Assembly (NCBI RefSeq): GCF_036588685.1
Contig: NC_086386.1
Span: forward strand, 48,608,001-48,672,000
Direction of reading: 5' to 3'
Length of the DNA: 64,000 bases
Source: Mytilus trossulus
Taxonomy: Eukaryota
This document shows positions 14,489-24,710 of the stretch, piece by piece (position 1 is the stretch's first letter; every line of letters starts with the position of its first letter). Position numbers and translations under genes: made by a program. The notes beneath the pieces are model-generated. The model did not search any database. It worked only from the letters and a program-made list of their open reading frames with translations, and was not told the DNA's origin.

Positions 14489-17400
14489 ATATATTGACAC
14501 AAGACAAAAGGAATCAGCAGATTACAAACGATCTTTTGTGTTACATAACACGAGACCAATCAGCTATTATAAAAGACTAGTTCTAGCAAATGTTATATCT
14601 CATCTTTTTTTGTTTAACTATAAATTCAGGCATCTGTAATTTGTTCAAATATCGTTAAACAAATCAAGGCAAGAAATAAAAACTGATGGATTGGCATGAA
14701 CTCCAAAAAAAGAAAAGAGCGAAACCGTGTGCGTCGAGATTGTGAGCGTCTTCTTCTATACATACATCGCCCAATATGCAAATTCGCACTGTCAATACAT
14801 CATAGTGGGGAATATGACATAATTGTTGAAATTACATACGACCAGACTGGTATTAAAAGATCTGAGACGGCGAAACGTGTCATTGGTGAGGCAATCAATT
14901 TGTGATGGTGACAGTAAAAGTTATAAAGTATGTTGATTTCAATCATTGCCAGTTTGTGTCCGACTTTTGCTTTTTGATATCCCTATTGAATTGCTCGCTC
15001 CACTTTTACAACTGTGTTGTTAAATAAACCGTTCGATAATTAAAAAACTATTGACAGACAAAGGTTCTAAATCAATCAGGCAAAGTTGAACTTCGATGAA
15101 TTTGGCCTGTTCTTATGCCCTTAACCCGTTTAGATAATGTAACGTCTTTGGTTTTAAACTATTAGGGTTTCGGTGTCCCTCATGGAGGATATCCAGTATA
15201 TCACTTCAGGTGAACGAAATTTATAAAATAATATGCACAGCTCTATCATATAAAATAAGACAGAATCGAAAGATACCGATTTAAAGGGACATTCAAACTC
15301 ATGAATAAAAAAACTGAAAACATCATGGACAAAAAGATTAACGGCCAATAGACAGGCAACGATTCACAAAATATAACATAGAAAACTATCAATTACTTTG
15401 TATCCCCGAATTTGATTTTTTTTGTTTTTATAATTTTGTGATTTTACATTTTTTGCCATGAACAACTCGAAAGTAGTTATTAAAGGTATGATCACTATAA
15501 TTTATATATAATGATTAAAGCTCAACTATTTGATCATATCAAGTAAGTCAACACAATAATTATATCTTAACCAAATTAAAAAAAAAAGAACAAAGGACCA
15601 ACAACAAACCATCACTCGTAACTAAATTATAAACATAACGGAAAGTATCAACACACAAATATAACAGAAAGTATCAACACATAAAACATATAACACCGAG
15701 ACAAATGCCAATTTCGTTTTAGAAGGGTAAGAAAAGAGAGGGAAAAAAGATACCAATTAAAGGGGCAGTGAAACTCAAAAATCTAAAACAAACTGACAAC
15801 TAGTTAGTTAGAGTTAGTTTTCTTTTCACCAATACTATTTCAATTTTTGTGAATAATTGTGCACCATTCTTTCTACAAAACGACTTAAATTCATAAGTTT
15901 GCCATTACCTAAACAAAATTGGAATAAATTAATAGGGAAGTAAAACTTATCTTCTCGTTCTTTTTTTTTTAACATTTGACACGGACTTGTTTCTTAATGT
16001 TTATGTTTCATTAGGTCAATTAACACGCTAAACGGCTAAAGTGAAATGAAGGCCGATATTTCACATATATCTGGTTAACTCATCGATAATGCTGTTACAA
16101 ATAAAACAACGTTTAGTGACAATTGTATCTGAACAGTTGAAATTTGAATTAAAGCCATCGTAGACAATAGAAAAATAAATTATAGTAAGTGCATGATGAG
16201 ACCAATTAACATCAAAAGACAAGACTGATTTTCCCAGTATAAACTTTCTATTTTTCAAGTGGCAGAATTCCAGAAACCCCTTAATAGAGTTTATGTATCT
16301 CACAATTGAATTTTGTCCAGAAATTGATGTTCATAGAAATGTTTTCCTGATAAAGATAATTAAAGATAATTGATTCTTACAAAGAAGAATTCAAACCAAA
16401 TGATCTTGAAGATAAAGTTGATGACATATCTTCGAAAATATCATATTAATGACCAGCGACCGTAATGGAACCAGATCACCAATAATATGTTAAAGTTGTC
16501 AGTTTTGTTCTATGGCTTTACTTCTTTTTGATTATCTCCCGGTTTAACAGCACATGATCAACATAAATTGTTGTCGCTAAGGCAGCGGTAAGCACCCCGG
16601 AGTACCTGAGTTTTCGGAGAACTAGTCTTCATGCCTCAGACCTAACTTTTTGTCTTATCCCTTATTTCGTGTTGGCTTTCGGGTAGTTTGTCTTCCCTCG
16701 ACTCATGGTTTGTGATCGCCCTCTGTATATTTGCTTCAGTTAAAATACATGTATACGGAACGGAAAAAGGAAACAATAGAATGTTACGTTTGTATCGTTT
16801 GTCTTAAAGATAATTTCAAAATCATTATTTTAAAATGTTAATATATCTCCGTGGAATTCGAACTTGAAGTAGAAAAATGCCGTAATTGTTTTCTCTTGCA
16901 TTTCGTTAACTGGTACAAATCTTATAATTGATTTATGTCACATTAACCATTTCCATCTGGAATATATGACGTCATCACTGTCTAGGTGATTGTTGTAATG
17001 AGCATCAAGTTGCCTATTAAGTTGAGCCTTGTATCTATAAAGTTTTGAAGGATTTATTTTGATAATGATCTCTCATTTGTTTCATCCGAGTGCACAAGGC
17101 GGAAAAACTTTCCTTCTGGCAAAATAAGCATATATATACATAAATGGGTTTGTTTGGCTCGGTGGTATATACACAATGTTCCTTAATTATCCCATATTCC
17201 CTTGAACCATTCACCGTCCTTGGCAACCACTTATTTTAACAGTTTTAATTTCATAATTGTTCCACAAAAGAACAGAATTAAGAATTGAATAACAGAAAAA
17301 CTAAAAAAGGTGTTTACCTGTTTGAATTAGTTTTTATAACCAAAGAACCTATTACGTCATTTGAATACAATTTTAAAATACAAACAAATTTAAAAATATG

Positions 17401-18057
17401 AGTAGATAGTCATGTTTGCAGCGTCTTTGTTTTTCCATGTTGTGTTTTGTATACTGTTGTTGTCTATTGGTCTTTCATTTTTATTACCATGGTGTTGTTA
17501 GTTTATTTTCGACTTCTGAGTTTGAATATCTTTTCGGTATCTTACGCTTATCTTAGCATTGTTGGAAAGGTTAGGACAATTCTTAAGTTGAAATGACTAT
17601 GACCGATACAATGTGTCTGATTCGCAACGAACAAGCGACCAGAATAGTCGTCTGACCTGTACAAAGTCAGGAAAATGGCCATTGTTATATCATAGTTCAT
17701 TTCTGTGTGTGTTACCTTTTAGTGTTTTGTTTCTGTTGTGTCGTAGTTATCCCCTTATACTAGTATTTGACGTTGTTTCCCTCAATTTTAGTTTGTTACC
17801 AGGAATATTTGTTTTCTCTTTATCTGTAAATATGCCGATTATGTCCGTTTTCTGAGTGTGAAATTTTGTTGACGGATTCTTGTCTAATTCATTTTTAAGT
17901 TCATCTCATTTTTTGTTTTGTTTTGTCTTGATTTGAATCTTATGAATGATTAATTAAATTCTTATGGTTAAGCAAACTGCTACTGGAAAACAATTGTATG
18001 TTGTACAGGGTAAGAAGCTTTGTCTTTCAGTAGGCCATGCATGTACGGTTATATAGT

Positions 18058-18482
18058 TACTGAGTCTTATCTAGACGAAACGCGCGTCTGGCGTAATTTT
18101 TTTTAATCCTGGTACTTTTAATAACTATTTTCACCAATGGGTTGAAGCCACTGCTGGTGGACGTTTCGTCCCCAAGGGTATCACCAGCCCAGTAGTCAAC
18201 ACTCCGATGTTGACATGAATATCAATAATGTGGTCATTTTATAAATTTCCATTTAACAAAACTTTGATTTGTTTTGAAAAAATAAGAATTTTCTTATCCC
18301 AGGCATAGATTACCCTAGCAGTATTTGGCACAACTTTTTGTATTTTGGGTCCTCAATGTTCTTCAACTTTGTACTTGTTTGGATTTATAAATATTTTGAT
18401 ATGAGCGTCACTGATGAGTCTTGTGTAGACGAAACGCGCGTCTGGCGTACTAAATTATAATCCTGGTACTTTTGATAACTAA
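18058..18482 (+). mobile_element. Retrozyme-like unit bounded by two direct hammerhead repeats (354 nt between cleavage sites)
   Basis: gacgaaacgcgcgtctggcgta followed by a near-identical ...tcctggtactttt.ataacta occurs twice, with cleavage sites at 18088 and 18442. The upstream copy lacks part of CTGATGA. Confidence 0.8.
18405..18448 (+). ncRNA. Type I hammerhead ribozyme, intact core
   Basis: gcgtca CTGATGA gtct tgtgt agac GAAA cgcgcg TC tggcgt. Confidence 0.85.
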
Positions 18483-18789
18483 TTGCAATGGTTCTTTAAT
18501 GTGCAAATGGTCAAATGATTATAAACAGCCAAACAGTTGACTAATGAGACACTTTAAAAACATGCATGTACATATTTACAATAAACTGCATGTTAAGTTG
18601 TAAAATATTTCTTGAGTTCGAAATCTATTAAATTAATTTCCAAAATCGTTTTCAAAAATACAATTGAATATAAAAAGATAATGATAATTATATGAAATAC
18701 ACTATTAAAATAGAAGTTTATATAATAAAAATATAAATCTCAATGAATAAAAATACCTTATTTTAAATATTTGAGAAAAACAAATATTC

Positions 18790-19640
18790 TTAAAGTTTAA
18801 CATTTATATGACAGTTTGTTTGTATAGTCTGTATGTACGGAGTTTGTTTCCGTTTAATACACCACGGTCGTTGAAATTGTCTTCACACCATTGATAATCG
18901 TCCAAATGTTCTTGATTTTCATTAATTATTGTGTGCATGGATAAAAATGTGTCACGTATAAGTCCACATACATCAAGTTTAGTCACAAGTTTGTTGACTT
19001 CGAATGTCCAACTTTTTCGTCGTCGCGCCGCCCAACGCCAAACTTTACTTAGGGGTCGATTGTTTTCAAGTCTGTGAAGTTTGCACAATAGCCGAAGACA
19101 CGATTTCTGCAGTTTAATTTTGCATGATGTCCAACCCATGTCAACTGTTGTGGATAGATTTGAAGTAAGTTTTCCAACATTCAGAAAGAATTTACATACT
19201 TGAGTTTGAACGGATGAGATGCAACTATAGTCCTTATATCCCCAAACACCACTTCCGTATAGAAGAATTTTGGGTCCTCAATGCTCTTCAACTTTGTATT
19301 TATTTGGCTTTTTCAACTATTTTGATATGAGCGTCACTGATGAGTCTTATGTAGACGAAACACGCGTCTGGCGTATAAAATTATAATCTTGGTACTTTTG
19401 ATAACTTTCTACCATTGTTTTGTATAACTTAAAATAAATACGGAAAGGGTCATACCTCCAGCTGTTATTACTTTTCCGCATAATGCACTAAGAGCACGGC
19501 TGGTGGCTTTAGATAGTTCTTTTACATTTTTCTGGAATGTTTAAAACTGTTCATCCGACCTTACACCAAGGTTTTTGTATGAGTCGGTAAGAAGTGAAGT
19601 ATGTCCACCACATGTAAACGTACTTTGCGAAATGTCTATC
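18790..19640 (-). pseudogene. Decayed CR1/L2-group LINE ORF2 C-terminal fragment, interrupted by a retrozyme fragment
   Basis: The minus strand reads ...MVE/ILLYGSGVWG...MGWTSCKIK...NKLRTYRLYK, homologous to the 21355-22080 ORF (MVKPILLYGSEVWG...NYRLFK). Confidence 0.7.
19331..19374 (+). ncRNA. Type I hammerhead ribozyme (core intact, stem III palindrome broken by one change) within a retrozyme fragment at about 19269-19407
   Basis: gcgtca CTGATGA gtct tatgt agac GAAA cacgcg TC tggcgt. Confidence 0.75.
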
Positions 19641-19849
19641 GAAGGTGGTCGGAAGTGAACTATCTTCGTCTTCTTATCGGTTTATCGACAATATCCAAGC
19701 TTCGCACTATTCAGTTACAATATCAAGCATTTTCTGTAAACAGGGTTCATTCGGCGCAAGTAGTACGATGTCATCTGCGTACAGCAATATACTCATTTGG
19801 CAGTCGTCTTCTTGGTACTCCACACAATTAAAGGCGTTAATATATATCG

Positions 19850-21298
19850 AGAAAAAATATAGTGACAAAATACATCACTGTTTTACGGATGTTGCGGATG
19901 CTTTGTATTCTTTGCATGAAAAATATGTCGTTGTTCCAGCAGATAAAGCCTCCAATAATATTGACTTCATATGTAAAAACCATTATTTGCAATGTCCAAC
20001 AACAGAGATTGGAATAAATAGAACTACTGGTAATCCTACATATTTTTTAACCTCATTTACCAAGGAATAAATTTTACAAAATCAAAAATCTGTCCTTTTT
20101 TCTTTTGGTAATAACATTACAGAAAACGAAGAAAATTCACCATCCATCATTATACTGGAAAGCAAAACTATACAAAACTCCATATAAAAAACGACACAAA
20201 GCTGGATCATCAAAAAGTTCGACTAAACATCTTTCTAAAATACTGACTTCGATACTTTTTACAGTTAAAGATGGAGTTAAAAATTATTGTGATAAGATAT
20301 ATTCTACAAGGGGTGTTTACCGAATGTGGATTCTCAAAAATTCGAAAACTTCAACCACAATCTTTGCAATTTTGCAGCAACATAAAGACTTTTTATTTTT
20401 CTACGCTGTACACTACTATTCCCCATGCTCAGTTGAAAGCTCGACTTCATGATCTCATTAAACAGAGCTTTTTCTATCAAAAAAAGAATCGTAGATACAA
20501 ATTTCTTGTTTTTGGTTACATTAATTCAAATTTTGTGAAGAACTACACTGAATCTACCAGAAAATATACTGAAGATGATATTATCAAAATGCTGGACTTT
20601 TTGATCGATAATATATTTGTTGAGTTTGGAGGATTCATATTTCAACAGACAGTCGGTATTCTTCTTCTTCTTCCAGGTTAGGAACCGAATTCAATATTTG
20701 AATGAATGAGTATTCCGATGGGTACTAATTGTGCAACCCTACTGGCCATTTTTTTGTTGTACTTGTATGAAGCAGAATTCATTCAGAACCTTCTAAAAGA
20801 CAAAAAGAAAAAGCACCTTGCGAAATTCTTTAATTTTACTTTTTGATGTATTGATGATGTCCTATCATTGAATAACCAATACTTACATCTCATATATCCC
20901 AGTAAACTTGAAATAAAGGACACTACTGATACTAAAGGGACTTCTTCATACCTTGATATTTTTCTCAATATTGACACAGAAGGATGACTTCACACAAAAA
21001 TCTCTGATAACGGGACGATTTCAACTTCCTAATTATCAATTTCCCATTTCTAAGTAGAAACAGACCCTCTGCCCCTTCGAATGGTGTTTACATTTCTCAA
21101 TTGATACATTATTCTCGAGCATGCTCACACTATACGGAGTTTATCTACACTGTCAGGAGTCAGTGTGTTTCTAACGCAGAAACAAAGTTATGAGGAGGAC
21201 AGATTAAAAATGACACTCCGCCAATTTTACTGACACCATCACTAACTGGTTGATCCAAACGATGCGTCTTTGTTCAAACTAACTAAGGATATTTTTAT
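19850..21298 (+). mobile_element. Penelope-like retroelement RT (frameshifted and with stops); no C-terminal GIY-YIG, so possibly Naiad-type
   Basis: VVPADKASNN, PSLYWxxKLYKTPY, FSTLYTTIPH, LIDNIFVEFGGFIFQQTVGI/PMGTNCA, CIDDV, GVYISQLIHYSRACS. The element resumes at 22631 after a LINE insertion. Confidence 0.85.
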
Positions 21299-22630
21299 TT
21301 GGAGAGTACTGTAATATATGGAGACTGAAGGTTAATGTTAACAAAACCAAAGTCATGGTGTTTTCCAGGGGAAGGCCTTGTACAGATTTGAAATTTTCCT
21401 TAAATGGGGCAGATATAGATATAGTTCATGAATTTAACTATCTTGGTATATTATTTAGTAGGACCGGCAATTTTAGTAAAGCAATAAAAAAGCAAGCAGA
21501 GAAGGCAACAAAAGCAATGTATGAGGTTTTAAAAAGAGGTCGCATTCATAATTTAGCTATTGAATGTCAAGTAGAACTGTTTAATAAAATGGTAAAGCCC
21601 ATTCTTTTGTATGGCTCAGAAGTATGGGGATTTTGTAAAAATATTCAATGTATTGAAAGAGTACAATTACGATTTTGTAAATTGTTACTTAAGTTAAAAT
21701 CATCCACCCCAAACTATATGATTTATGGTGAACTTGGCATTTTTCCTATTCAACTAGATATCAAACTAAAAATGATTGCATTTTGGACAAGACTTTTATC
21801 TGGAAAGGATTCAAAACTGTCTTATTTATCTTATCAATTATTATACAAATTGTCGGTCGACAATCATTTTGAATCGCCATGGTTAAAGTTTTTAAGAAAC
21901 GTTTTTAACGATACTGGCTTTTCCTATATTTGGACAACTCAGCTTTTTCCAAGCGCAGATTGGCTTATCCCTTCGATAAAGATGCGCCTACATGATCAAT
22001 TTAGACAAGAATGGCATTCACTTATGTTAAATTCACCAAAATCTATAAATTATAGATTATTTAAGGAGACATTAAAATGATTTCAGTTTGAAAGTTTTTT
22101 AAATATATTGGAAGATAAAGATATCTATACGCTGTGTAAGTTTAGAACCACAAATCATAGACTTCCTATAGAAACAGGACGGTGGAATGGTATAGAAAGG
22201 GAAAATAGAAAATGTTTGAAATGTAATAACAACTGTATTGGTGATGAATATCATTATATTCTGGAATGTAAATTATTTGAAAATGACAGAAAAAAACTAA
22301 TTGATAAAAATTTGTGGCAAAGGCCAAATATTTTGAAATTCAAAGAAGTAATGAGTTGTAATAATAGGTCTAAATTAGAAAAACTATGTAGATTTATACG
22401 CCAAATAAATAAATCATTTGTTCTCTAGGCAATAACATAACCCCTATTTTGTATATTCTGTACATACTGATACATGTGCATGTGTGTATTTAACGATAGT
22501 TAGTGTATGTTTGTGTGTATGTATGTTTGTGTATAAGATGTTATTATAAATAAGTTTGTTTTCATTGCTATATGTATGTATATCTCTGTACCGTTGTACC
22601 TTATGGTTTATGAGAATAAAGATTATATAT
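21299..22630 (+). mobile_element. 5'-truncated CR1/L2-group LINE (ORF2 C-terminal part plus 3' UTR) inserted into the Penelope element
   Basis: YCNIWRLKVNVNKTKVMVF...YLG...KPILLYGSEVWG...LCKFRTTNHRLPIETGRW...CLKC...DEYHYILEC; break near 22080; AATAAA and a short tail at about 22615-22630. Confidence 0.85.
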
Positions 22631-22830
22631 CACGTGTTAGATTGTGGTTTGTGATTACGTCGTTTAATCTTTTAATTACCGAACGTTACTTATTCCCGAT
22701 TGTGACTGTTTTGCTGAGTGTGAATTCGCATTGCTGTAAGACGTGTCTCGTTACTTTTCCATCCCAAATATGTATTCAGTTTTGATTTTATATTTGTTAT
22801 TCTCGTCGGATTTTGTCAAATGTCTTAACG
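22631..22830 (+). mobile_element. 3' end of the Penelope-like element
   Basis: gatatttttat|cacgtgttagattgtggttt matches the uninterrupted paralog at about 10948-10978 (gatatttttatcacggtttagattgtggttt). Confidence 0.75.
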
Positions 22831-23199
22831 TTTGTAGTTATATAAATCTTTTTTATTTCTGTTGTATTCGTGTGTAATGGTAAATATAATTAATCATCCA
22901 GTTTATTTATTAGATTTTAGTTTGGATCAATAAAATTTATACGATATATTTGGCTTACAGTTTGATTCAAAAGAAACACCGACATAGCTAGATAATATAA
23001 TTAATTATCTAATTACTACAACAATTTGATATTAATAAGTATTGTAATTTTCATAGTTATTAATAAATGTTTTAAAAGTCTTACACATCTAATCTTGATT
23101 TCTATCCTAATTCTATCTTATTTTGGGGAAATCTTTTTAGAAATTCAAATGTGACGTTGGTGACTTTGGCTAACTCGGCTGATGTGCTGGTTTAAGTTG

Positions 23200-23550
23200 T
23201 TAGTTTAGTTTAAACATATTTATTTATAATGGATTGGAAAACAAGTTTTGCAACATATATTAATCCCTTTCCACCTTGCGGGTGCGAGTTCTGCCTTGTA
23301 GCGGCATTAGCCTACTCTTTTTCGAAATCTACAAGGGTGTCTTTAACGTGCAAGAGATATGGCTCTCTCCTAACACGAGTCAGCCATTCATCGTCCCCTT
23401 CCGACGGACTATCATCGCTTCCTCAAGACCATACTCGCAAATAGTGTCGAGAGAGAGCCGAAAATTGAGTTCCTGAAATGTTCATCCCAAACGGGAATCG
23501 AACCAGGAACCTTTGTGTTAGTAGTCCGATACACTAACCACTACAATACG
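23200..23550 (-). mobile_element. tRNA-derived SINE
   Basis: The minus strand begins gtattgtagtggttagtgtatcggactac...ggttcgattccc (A-box and B-box like) and ends in an A-rich (taaa/ctaaa)n tail. Confidence 0.75.
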
Positions 23551-23629
23551 TTGTTTTATGTAATGTATCCGTTTTTATTCTGTAGTTAGTTACCACTTCA
23601 GTTTTATCATGTGTATTTACTATTTAGTC

Positions 23630-24262
23630 ATTTTATAAAATTTACTGTTTGAAAAAGTATGAATTATTCCAAATGATTTTATCCCAGGCAGAAAACCTTA
23701 TAGTCGTATTGGTCACAATTTTTTTGGAACTTTTGGTCTTCAGCTAGTGCTCTTCAGCTTTGTACTTGGTTTGGCTTTCGAACTTTTTTCATCTGAGCGT
23801 CACTTGTTAGTCTTGTGTGATCTTGTGTGGACGAAACGCACGTCTGGCGTATTAAATTTTAAACTTGATACCTTTTGTTAGCTATTATATGTGTTTCTCT
23901 GTCCTATATTTTATCCCATTTATTTGTATTGTAATCCTGTCATGTAATTATGTCATTTTAATTATATATAATGTTATATTTAACATTGCGATTAAAAGCG
24001 GGAGGTTTGGCATGCCACACAACCAGGTTCAACCCACCATTTAAAAAAAAATGTCCTGTTTGTACCAAGTCAGGAAAATGGCCATTATTATATTCTTGTT
24101 CGTTTCTGTGTGTGTTACATTTTAATGTTGTGTTTCTGTTGTCGAAGTTTTCCTCGTATGTTTGATGCGTTTCTCTCAGTTTTATTTTGTAACCCGGATT
24201 TGGTTTTTTTCTCAATCGATTTATGAATTTCGAACAGCGGTATACTACTGTTGCCTTAATTT
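23630..24262 (+). mobile_element. Composite repeat with degenerate hammerhead (paralog of 6085-6855)
   Basis: gagcgtcacttgttagtc...gacgaaacgcacgtctggcgt followed by the aatgtcctgt...aagtcagg...gaacagcggtatactactgttgcctt module. Confidence 0.7.
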
Positions 24263-24544
24263 ACGCCACTCATGACATCAAACCATGGAGTAAGATCGTC
24301 TTTCACACGAACGGTACATTAGACGTTATCATAGAGGGATTGTACTGCATTAAGAAACTTTCCTCGTATTTTAATTGTTCGCAACTTGTACCATAATATG
24401 TTCGTTTTAACTGTGTCGAATTCTTTTTTCATATCAATGAATCATGCAAAAGTTGATTTCTAAGAAATTTTCCTGTCGAAGAGTGTCTGGAAGAGTGAAT
24501 GAATGTGTTCTTCGCAACTTCAACCTTTCCGTTTTGCTCTTCAC

Positions 24545-24710
24545 ACAAGTAGTACATTTAAAAGGCGTAGAAAGAACAGTGTAACTAAAGAATTTCAGGT
24601 AGACATGTTTGATACGATAGTTTCACCTACTCTTCTTTTTGGTTCGGAAATTTGAGGATTTGAACATTTTGATTTGATAGTACGTGTACATTTGAACTTT
24701 TTTAAGCTTA
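24545..24710 (+). pseudogene. Small LINE ORF2 fragment
   Basis: Reads ...FQVDMFDTIVSPTLLFGSEI*GF...IVRVHLNFFK, the same region as KMVKPILLYGSEVWGF. Confidence 0.6.

Noticed and set aside
20840-21240. In-frame TGA codons in the Penelope RT read as selenocysteine
   Set aside because: They fall at expected Arg/Gly positions (CGA/GGA to TGA) in a copy full of frameshifts; simple decay explains them.
23485-23550. tRNA gene
   Set aside because: No complete cloverleaf; it continues into a SINE body and tail.
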